The translations under genes were made by a program, and so were the position numbers. A model generated the notes under the pieces. It searched no databases. It was not told the origin of the DNA and worked only from the letters and a program-made list of their open reading frames with translations. A stretch of 19,437 nt of DNA from Ginkgo biloba (lineage: Eukaryota; Plantae; Ginkgophyta), in the NCBI GenBank assembly GCA_024626585.2, contig JANKJI020000002.1, positions 170,924,766 through 170,944,202 on the forward strand, read 5' to 3'. Below, piece by piece: positions 10,873 through 19,437 of this stretch. Numbering within the stretch: the first letter of the stretch is position 1; each line of letters begins with the position of its first letter.

Positions 10873-12172
10873 TAAAGTCAAGGCTTGCAATAAACACAAC
10901 AAAACATAGATACACATGTATTTGTATCTATATAATGATTAAGTATTAGTTTCAACCACAATATGCAGTAATACATATACACATAAATTGCAAATATTTG
11001 CTTATGTTAATTTATATTAAAGCTATGCAGAAATTAAGCATGTGATAGGTTTCAAAGGGAAAATTATTGGGAAATAGGTTTACTTGCAGCTATGACTCTA
11101 ACTTTTGTTGTCGGCCATGGTGACCACTTCAATGGCCTTGCTATGTTGGCAGCTAAACCTCTGTTGGTAATATAGTACACACCATCAACACCTAACAATT
11201 ATTACCACTCTACTAGACTCCACCCCTTAACCCAACATTAGCAAGGGTGTCAAGCTTAGGCCTATTTTCAATCCCTTCATTGACACCATGACTCTCCTCT
11301 CACATAGGAGATCACCCCCACTAATAGTTATTTATTCATATTAATTTATCCAATCCGGTTGCCACTAGTATAGTAAAAACGCTATGCCTACAAAGGCAAC
11401 TCATGGAGCCAATGCAAATAGAAAACTAGACATAAGAGTCAGGTATAAGAAATTAATACGAAGACTCAGCTACTCATATAATCTACAAATCTTTTGGCAA
11501 CATAAGAGATCCATAGAACTAGTCCTTTGAGAGTTACTAGAGCATAGCTCTCTCTCCCAAGGTATCTCTCAACCCTACTACTTGTCATCCCTAAAATAAA
11601 TGCATGCACAGGGCTAAAATAGTATTGAAGCACATTCCACAATAGGAATAATCCATCCCCCAACAGATTACTGACTAATGCCATGCTGGCTAAACTAGTC
11701 TCTAGGGTTTCCGTAGGAAAGTAGGGAAAAATATATCTGCATAATGCAAATATATCCTTTCCTATGTAAAAATTCAATAGCTATCATCAGAGGAACATTA
11801 GTAGGAGATATCCTACTCTATATGAGCCATTTTCATGAAAATCAAGGTTTCAGCAATTTATAGTAATTTATTTTAATAGAAATCAACACTCAAGCCCATG
11901 TTATTCAAATTACTTTATGCAGACAGAAAACTGATAGTTTCCTATAATTGATCTGAAAATTACAAATGTTACAACTTCGAAAATGCTTACAAAATTGTAA
12001 ACTTACTCAGATGAAATGCTATAAATGATGATGCATAATACCTCTATGGATGAAAATGCCTTCTTCCACGTCCCAAAATTGAAGCACATTATTTCCAAAC
12101 CCTAAATAGGGTACAACTATGTACAAAAATGCCACACAACCTCGCCAAAAAGCCTACATCTTNNNNNNNNNN

Positions 12173-12690
12173 AGCCTCTTATGAAGCCCTTTGTTTAGAT
12201 AAAACCCTCAAAATGAGATGCCTGGTGCAGATGACTACATCTAAGCTCTCAGATGTAGAAATACCCTTCAATGAGACATCACTTTCTAGGTAAATGCAGA
12301 GTGTAGTGTTTCTCTGTGTACCCAGAATACCGATATCTAAGAGTAGGAATGAAAACACCCTATCTAGATGCTCAAAATGATGATGAAAGAGTTTGCTCAA
12401 GCCCTTGGCAAACTCTCTATATGTAAGAAAATTTGGGCTTTAATCTCCCATACAAGAATTGGACTTGTCCTTGGAATTATACCCGAATCCCAAGAGCTCT
12501 TCTACGATGTTGATTGACACTTGCACTCACTTGACCCTAGGGCCTTTCCCTTCCCCTTTTTATCTCTCTTCAACACCTCTTCCATTGATTTGACCACTAA
12601 TTATTGAGCATAAGTGCTAGTTTCACTATCAATACTACATTTTTTCGCTTTTTTTGAGATAAGACATACTTTCCTTTGTTGGATGTAACA
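12173..12690 (-). mobile_element. 3' LTR of the chromovirus remnant (distal end unresolved, runs to the gap)
   Basis: Begins TGTTACATCC at 12690, immediately after a purine tract and the chromodomain-coding region. Confidence 0.6.
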
Positions 12691-12701
12691 TCTCTACCCA
12701 C
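12691..12701 (-). promoter_or_regulatory. Degenerate polypurine tract (PPT)
   Basis: Minus strand GTGGGTAGAGA lies directly before TGTTAC, where a chromovirus PPT is expected. Confidence 0.6.
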
Positions 12702-12935
12702 ATTGAGGAGCTCGTTATTTTCAATGAGACCTATTTCACTCACAAAAGCTATTGATTCCCAAGCAGCTTCTTCAATAGGCTTATTTGACCATTCCACTAG
12801 ATATTATGTGATGTCTCTACTCCACAGTCTTCTAGTTCTCTCATCCAATAAAGATAGCTTAGCATACAGTTTCTCCCTCCTTAGGATGTCTAAGACCAAC
12901 TAAAGATGCACTTGATGCTCCTCCTTTCTTCTGTT
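12702..12935 (-). mobile_element. pol: Ty3/gypsy chromovirus pol remnant: RT fragment joined in frame to the chromodomain
   Basis: A single frame reads NRRKEEHQVHL*LVLDILRREKLYAKLS (RT segment after YxDD, compare SxxxEEHxxHLxxVLxxLRxxxLYAKxSKC) then LLDERTRRLWSRDIT*YLVEWSNKPIEEAAWES (chromodomain, compare ILDxRxxxLRxRxIxEYLVKWxxxPxEEATWE). Confidence 0.9.
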
Positions 12936-13408
12936 GNNNNNNNNNNNNNNNNNNNNNNNNNNNNNNNNNNNNNNNNNNNNNNNNNNNNNNNNNNNNNNNN
13001 NNNNNNNNNNNNNNNNNNNNNNNNNNNNNNNNNNNNTGAACTTACACTAAGCTTTTAAGGGCATATGGAACCCAAATTGACTCAAATGTTTTTTGAATCC
13101 ATGTGCTTTAATGTCTACTTTTAGGATATGTAAAAATTCTCTACAAAATCTATCAAGAGACTTTTGGTTTTTGCGAACCCCTTCTAAAACACCCAAAAAA
13201 TGAGTTGATTTTTAGGTCAAGTTCAATTGCATTATTCAAGAGCTTCTCGACTCAAACTCNNNNNNNNNNNNNNNNAATTTTTTGGGGGTTTTAATTATAT
13301 AGATCGTTATGATCTTTCAGAATATGTAAAAAGAATCATAGAATTCTAATGTCTAAAGTTGCAAATTTAACAGATTTGAGTCACAACTCTACAAGAACCA
13401 AGAACTTA

Positions 13409-13420
13409 GATCTGATACCA
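13409..13420 (-). promoter_or_regulatory. Primer-binding site (tRNA-iMet)
   Basis: Minus strand TGGTATCAGATC, 11/12 match to TGGTATCAGAGC, 2 nt from an LTR end. Confidence 0.85.
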
Positions 13421-13422
13421 CT

Positions 13423-13694
13423 TGCAATAACCCAAATGAGTGACTACTAATGAATGCAGATAATAACAATCCACGAATAATTCATAACACATAATTCCAT
13501 GCAAGATTTGATACGAACTTCAATAAATGCAAAATATCACAATGAGCAAATGCTCCACAAAAAATTTCCAAAGTCTCCCAATTATCATTACAAATGAGGC
13601 TTAAGCGCCCTTATATACTCTAAATAGACCACCACTTGTCTCTACATAATTGTTACAATTTACCACAGTCATACAAAGTTTTAGGGACATAACA
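13423..13694 (-). mobile_element. 5' LTR (272 bp) of an iMet-primed LTR retrotransposon, possibly a chromovirus
   Basis: Minus strand TGTTATGTCCC...GGGTTATTGCA with TG..CA ends and an imperfect terminal inverted repeat, a TATA box GTATATAAGG near 13609-13618, and the PBS next to it. The 5' leader continues toward 13276. Confidence 0.75.
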
Positions 13695-14117
13695 CGCTAT
13701 TCAATCTTTAAATGCTTTGCCCTTAAGTATGGGTCGCCATTGTTAACTCAAGCCTCCACACCTGTAGGCCCACCTCTTGGGATCTAGGAGTCTTCCCATG
13801 GGTTCATGATAAGAATCTTCAATGTTCTCACTCAAGCAACATGAGTAGAATGCTATTGTTTTTAGGGGGAGCTCAAGAATTGGTTCAAGGTCCTTGGCCT
13901 TGGCCCTTTCCCCACACTTAAATAGACTTGAGTTGTTGTTTGTCTTGTAAGACTATCTTTTGCTATCAACTCTTAAATGTGGTCAATCAATCGTTGCTTC
14001 ATCAATCATGTTTTTTAATATCAATTTCCCCTAGCATGATCTTCTTTCAATTGGCACTTGACTCTCATAGGGGGTACATTGTTTATCGATAACCATGTAT
14101 ATGATTTTGGAAGGTAC

Positions 14118-14167
14118 CCATTTATTGTTTGCTTTTTCTAGCAACCATTTATTGTTTGCCTTTTCTA
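14118..14167 (+). repeat. Tandem duplication, 23-bp core, period 27
   Basis: CCATTTATTGTTTGCTTTTTCTA (14118-14140) and CCATTTATTGTTTGCCTTTTCTA (14145-14167), one mismatch. Confidence 0.92.
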
Positions 14168-14696
14168 ATTTTTATGACTTTTCTATACATTTTCAACACA
14201 TTTGATATACAACTCGTCATGTACAAGTCATTTTGCAAACACTACAATACTAGTAGTAGTGTTTCATTCTATGGTTGTTAACCACTTAAGCAATAAAGTT
14301 CCATTTACCTATTAGAGACAGATGGAACCATTTTCATTGATGGTGTGGATGGGGTAAGGACCAAGATGGCACATCTTCAATCTACTAAGTCATGTATAGA
14401 ATTTAGTCTATAAAGGTTGTTGTGTAGTGGTTGAGTTACCACATGTCTATTAAAATGAGGACGCACAAGGTGTCCAAGGTAGCCACAATGTGGGATGAAG
14501 TCTCATGAGATGATAAGGTTACAAACTAAATTGGTATGCTCATGATTTGGTGATAAATCATGTATCTAGACTATTTTCCTACATAACTAGTGAGCANNNN
14601 NNNNNNNNNNNNNNNNNNNNNNNNNNNNNNNNNNNNNNNNNNNNNNNNNNNNNNNNNNNNNNNNNNNNNNNNNNNNNNNNNNNNNNNNNNNNNNNN

Positions 14697-14895
14697 AGTA
14701 CATTGACCAACATTGACCAATGTTAATGTCATAACTTTAATTCAAGTCAGCTTAGCATACATTGACCAACATTGAACGTGTCATTATTGCACCTTATTTA
14801 ATGATGACATCATAACTTTAATTTAGGTCAACTCAGCGTATGTTGCCCAATGTTGATTGCATCATAAATGCTCATTACGTCAAATGCACCTTAGC
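14697..14895 (+). repeat. Diverged repeat with about 81-bp period and 10-bp CATTGACCAA subunits
   Basis: 14729-14775 and 14810-14856 align at 37/47 without gaps; CATTGACCAA occurs at 14701, 14711 and 14760. Confidence 0.85.
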
Positions 14896-15030
14896 GTTAA
14901 ATGCAGTTCTATGCATGTGTTTGACCATCTCTGACCAGTGAATTCTACAACATTAATTATTGTCCTTCTGCTACAACTTTGACCGCCTTTGACTAACAAC
15001 TTGGACTGTTGCTAACATCATTAATGCTAC

Positions 15031-15130
15031 TAACATGTCGTCGTTTATGCTGCCAAGTCATCCTTTGGACTGCCACATCATCATTTGGACTAGGACATCA
15101 TCCTTCAAATTGCCATGTCATCATTTGGAC
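15031..15130 (+). repeat. 20-bp tandem array, 4 clear units plus 1 degenerate, inferred ancestral consensus TGCCACGTCATCMTTTGGAC
   Basis: Units TGCCAAGTCATCCTTTGGAC (15051), TGCCACATCATCATTTGGAC (15071), TAGGACATCATCCTTCAAAT (15091), TGCCATGTCATCATTTGGAC (15111); degenerate unit TAACATGTCGTCGTTTATGC (15031). Confidence 0.9.
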
Positions 15131-15196
15131 TTTTGACCAACAAAATAGGGTATTTTTTACTCGATCAACATTGTTTGACTCATTTTTACCCTCTTT

Positions 15197-15300
15197 AAGG
15201 CAGTTTTGTCCCTTATGAAGGTAGTTTTGTCCTTTCTTAAGGCAATTTGCCCTAGCTTAAGGAAGTTTTGACTTATTTTAAGGTGGTTTTGACTCGATTT
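15197..15300 (+). repeat. 20-21-bp tandem array, 5 units, consensus AAGGHAGTTTTGWCY-T-rich
   Basis: Units start at 15197, 15218, 15239, 15259 and 15280 (AAGGCAGTTTTGTCC, AAGGTAGTTTTGTCC, AAGGCAATTTGCCC, AAGGAAGTTTTGACT, AAGGTGGTTTTGACT). Confidence 0.9.
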
Positions 15301-17520
15301 CATCTTCCATTCGCATCGCGTCCTCTGTGGATGTCACGTCGTCGTTTGTTATCATTAGATAAATCCTACTGTCAGACTGCATTATCACCCAGGGATGGAT
15401 ATGCTACAAATGTCTTGCCAAACACTANNNNNNNNNNNNNNNNNNNNNNNNNNNNNNNNNNNNNNNNNNNNNNNNNATTATGTAAATTATTTTACATAGT
15501 CAATTAGTTCATCAAAATGTACTTTGTACTTTATTTCTACTTAGTTTTTATAATTGTACTTTGTCCTTAGTCAAATATTTGGCTTTCACCTAAATGGGTA
15601 AATCCCACGTGTAAAGATGAATAGTCTTGCTTGTACTCTCTCTTGTAAATAAGCGAGCTTTTTATAATAAAATAACAATTGAGTTGGTTTTCACCTAGGN
15701 NNNNNNNNNNNNNNNNNNNNNNNNNNNNNNNNNNNNNNNNNNNNNNNNNNNNNNNNNNNNNNNNNNNNNNNNNNNNNNNNNNNNNNNNNNNNNNNNNNNG
15801 ATAATTTTTTAGTCGATTCTGCAGTTGGACCGGCCTCCATTCGCCTACGTCGCCTCAGATGGATCTCTACACTCTATTCAACGAGCTTTTTGCAACCTCC
15901 ACCAAGCGGTGTCTCGCTTGCGAGCAAAATACTTCACTGAATGGCATTTTACTACAACGACATCTCATCCGCTTCCCATGAATTCAAATCATCCGGCAAC
16001 TCCGACATGGCCTTCTGTGGCCTTGCTACTCTCTTCACAACATCTATGGAAACCTCCACGACTTCTCCAATCGAGTGAGCCACGTCCTTTGGTTCCTGTG
16101 GCCTTTACACTGTCCAGATCCTCTCGTGAGCTTTCTGTGGGTTCATTAACCTGCGTCTCAACAAACCGGTCGCTTAAATGGCCTATTCTCTCCATCGAGC
16201 TCTCAACCTTCATGTCCCATAGCATCACAGCCCCGATGTTCTCACTGTGGCATTCTTCCACCAAACCTCGCGTTCGGCTTCTCAAGGCGTCAACCAATGG
16301 TGAACAAAGGCGTTACCTTCCAAAACTTTCAACAACAATTACATAGAGAGACTCACTATTGAGAAAACGAATGTCACGCATCAAACTCCACTCGCTTTGA
16401 GACCATATTGGAAATGCAGGCTACCATACACATCTCAATCTCAAAACATTTAAGCATGACACTTATTCTGATACTTGGACAAAATTCGTGAGAACTTTTC
16501 AAGCATGCACAGCGAAAGAATTCTGCTTGAATAACTTATGAGATACATGACTCAACACATCAATAAAAGCTACCATCTTTCAGACATATGAATACCATGT
16601 TCTCACACAACTTTAGCACACATAAACTCGATCAAAAAAGGACATATATCAGTCCTAAACAGTCAGCGAACAATCTTTTTAATCTGATTTTTGCATTGGA
16701 AAACACAAATTTCAAAGCATAATTAATGCTCTAACACTTAGCTCAAAATTCAGACATCATAAGCATGTAGGACAGAATTTATTAAGGTTGTTCACAGTCT
16801 AGGACAACAAGCATTAAGTTCTGAAAACATCTCAATAGCATAGAAATCAATGTGTCATAAATGCCCAAACATAAAGTTTTAATTGATGCTAATTCAATAC
16901 TTTAGGACAGCAAGCAAGATGGATGAAAAACAATCATGTACAACCATGTATCAAATCTGGAAATCACTAAAAACTCATCTGCAAACATCCACAAAACTAC
17001 TACAAAACATTGGCAATCATTAAGTAATCATAATGGTACTTTGTTGCTGAAAATCCACTTCATAAATCTGGAGAAAACACATAAAACATATTGTCTTTGA
17101 GGTCACCCCCTCTCTAAAGACACTTTCTCCCACACTTGAACAATCAATAATGATCTCTCAATGAATGCTCAACAAGTACATAAATCCCAACGCTTAGCAT
17201 TAATAAATACCCTAGGGTTGGGCGCCTAGGTTAGAAAGCTCAAACCCTAATTCTAATTCTGGAATTTTTAGATTTGGACATAAACTAAATAAGGACTTTA
17301 AGTACACTTTAACTTGGCATTAAATGCCACTTAACTGAAGTACAAAAGAGGAATATTCCAACCGCCTCCTCTTTGACTCTTTGACCAATTCCTTAATTAG
17401 CATGTGTGCACTTTTCTCTCTCTTCCCTTCATGCAACTGACTTGCATGTAACCAAACTGTCCTTCTGGAGTTCCAACGCTCAATTCTAAATGTGCCCCAT
17501 GGTTTAACTTCACCAACTAA

Positions 17521-17614
17521 CATGCATGCTCATGCATATACTTGCATGCATATGCATGTACCCGCATGCATCCGAAATAGCAATTTTGCATGTGCTCAAT
17601 TCATGCATGCATGC
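17521..17614. repeat. Cluster of CATGCA/TGCATG (RY-type) alternating purine-pyrimidine motifs
   Basis: CATGCA at 17521, 17531, 17545, 17565, 17602 and 17606, plus overlapping TGCATG. Confidence 0.85.
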
Positions 17615-17643
17615 TGACTGAGCTTTTCCCTGAAAAAGCATTT

Positions 17644-17706
17644 TTTCCAAAATAGCATGTTTCCTAAAATAGCCAATTTCTAAAAATAGAAACTTTTCAA
17701 AAATAG
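17644..17706 (+). repeat. 17-bp period tandem array, core TTTC(C/T)-AAAATAG, 4 units
   Basis: AAAATAG ends at 17655, 17672, 17689 and 17706, an exact 17-bp spacing; related units lie near 17624 and 17731. Confidence 0.9.
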
Positions 17707-19437
17707 AAAATCCCTATTTTGTTTAGGAAATTTTCCAAAACTAGAATTTTATTAAAAATTCCAAAAATTCACAAAAATTAGGAAATTACAAAAATTGTTA
17801 TTTTGGCTTATATGAGTACTTGATGACATAATTTAACAATCCTTATAGGCCCCATAACTAATCAATGAGATAGTCGTACTACACTACAACCATCATCTCA
17901 TAAGTTGTCCATTAGCAATCCAAAGATCAACATATAAATCATTCTAATTGCTTGGGCCATATGTTTGTCCCAAGATGATTCGGTTCATATGCCATATCCT
18001 TTAATCATCGTCATAAGAGAGGACATACACTAAGGTTAAATGTGTTGCCAACAGGGTCAACAAATCTCTTCATTCTTATGTTTTGCCCCAAGTTGACATA
18101 CAAAATTCATGGAAACTTAAGTTATTCTCCTCTAGCAACTTCTTATTCCACTAGCCACAAACTACTTGGTCAACTAATTCCAACATCATTTGATCAAGGG
18201 ATAGAGTCAAATTTATATGGAGGATTCCATGGAAACATTTGATAACACACCTACCATCAATCAGTTGAGTACTATGCATCCACTAAAGAGCTTCTACAAG
18301 CAAAACACATTTGGATCAACTTTTCTCTTTCGGTGGTTCAATTTTGCAGGTAACAATTCAGGAATTATTGCACTATAGCTTTATTCCTCTTTTTCAACTA
18401 ATTCACATAAGCGCCTATGTAGTTGGATTACAATGACATCATTTGGCCAATATTCAATTATTCATAGTCTGAGAATGAAATCTATCTTTAATCCCCAAAA
18501 AAATTCTAAAACTTCTAAACCCTTTACATGAGAATCTCAATGGTCCTCCAGAGAGGTCGAGGTAACTATCAGCAACCATTTCTTGTCTTAGATGATAAGT
18601 GCCTTACATGCTGGTTAACTCTTGAAAGTTTGAAGAATACATGGGAGGAATATGGAGAGGAGTTACTTCCATAAGAATTTGGTGAAGTCCCCAAGTTGAG
18701 AGAGGAGTCTTCATCTTGGGTTACTTCTTTTTTGAAACACTGAATGGCATGCCAAGATTTGATTGGGAGGTAAGATGAAAGGCACCAACATTCTCCACTT
18801 TATCACTTTCGCCCAGAGGAGATCGTAGGTCCTGTATCACTTTCTTGATTTTCCTAAGATCATGCAACTCGACCAGGAAGCATATCTTATTATCATGAAA
18901 ATATTCTTGGTTTGGCCTTTAGAATTGGAGAGTGATTTCCTAGTCTTCCGCCTAGTTCTTCTCGGACGCGCCATGACTCCTCTAGTTATTAAGGATGCAT
19001 GTTCCTTACTCATTTTATCACTTATGTTTCAAATCCCTTTGAGTGGCACTAGTGATTACCTTTGGGAAAATCCCCCCTCTTGGATATTTTAACCTCCATG
19101 GATAGTCAAAGATGTTAAGAGGCATCCATGGGTAGTCCCCTTAGGTTCCTACTTCTTCTTGCTTATACCAGGACTTCTCAAGTTCACCAAGGGGCACCTC
19201 GATTATTCCTCTTTTAGAGCACGTGACTTAAGAGTTTTTAAAGTGAATATGTGAGTCTCTTGCTCGATTGATGTTCTCCTAGTCTCCCTATACCTTCTTG
19301 GACATCCCAAGAATACTTATTTCTTGCTAGGAGATGGATCTTTCCTTACCATGGTCATCCTAGACGATACTGGATTCTCTTGGCTATACCAAGATTGCAT
19401 CTGATTCCCAAGAAATAACTTTCTTAATCAATTCTTG

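Larger units (their letters stand above)
1006..15799. other. Assembly gaps (11 N-runs within this span)
   Basis: 1006-1130, 2527-2626, 5449-5548, 6637-6736, 9717-9816, 12163-12172, 12937-13036, 13260-13275, 14597-14696, 15428-15476, 15700-15799. Seven are exactly 100 N, probably unknown-size placeholders. Confidence 0.97.

Noticed and set aside
11000-12162. Long-LTR-like non-coding sequence and 103-aa ORF 11466..11777
   Set aside because: No termini or protein motifs recognisable; probably repetitive but not classifiable by eye.
15031-15300. CRISPR-like appearance of short periodic repeats
   Set aside because: Units are head-to-tail and degenerate with no unique spacers, there are no cas genes, and the context is eukaryotic.
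931-15507. ORF-track entries containing X runs (931, 936, 5398, 6577, 6600, 6628, 9669, 9694, 15268)
   Set aside because: They are open mainly because they cross N-gaps. Only the non-X part of 6628..6852 is meaningful, as the tail of LINE ORF1.
15477-15699. LTR-like fragment with repeated TTGG(C/T)TTTCACCTA
   Set aside because: Bounded by gaps on both sides with no terminus, so it cannot be assigned or oriented.
18015-18029. AAGAGAGGACATACA resembling a degenerate LTR terminus (TGTAATGTCCCC type on the minus strand)
   Set aside because: Imperfect match inside coding-like sequence, with no adjacent PPT or matching other end.

Overview
This is eukaryotic, AT-rich, heavily methylation-decayed repetitive DNA from a fragmented draft scaffold with 11 N-gaps, seven of them exactly 100 N. 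It is most consistent with a large land-plant genome; the LTR styles suggest a gymnosperm, but that is inference. No intact host gene, RNA gene, CRISPR array or prokaryotic system is supported, and most ORFs in the supplied track are spurious or are pieces of decayed frames. Reading through stop codons by hand shows a graveyard of retroelements: a Ty1/copia RNase H fragment (about 1132-1290), a non-chromoviral Ty3/gypsy integrase (3330-4485), an L1-clade LINE ORF1 with a DUF4283-type region and CCHC knuckle (6737 to about 8460), two LTR + tRNA-iMet PBS units (8969-9184 and 13409-13694), a probable isolated LTR (10519-10872), and a chromovirus 3' end in which RT is joined in frame directly to the chromodomain, followed by a PPT and 3' LTR (12173-12935). 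Short tandem arrays occur at 14.7-15.3 kb and 17.5-17.7 kb. The most notable observations are that every orientable retroelement remnant lies on the minus strand, the RT-chromodomain deletion fusion, an LTR/PBS followed on the same contig by LINE ORF1 instead of gag, and an exact 43-bp duplication at the integrase truncation point. I cannot support a new biological system from sequence alone; the findings are testable hypotheses.
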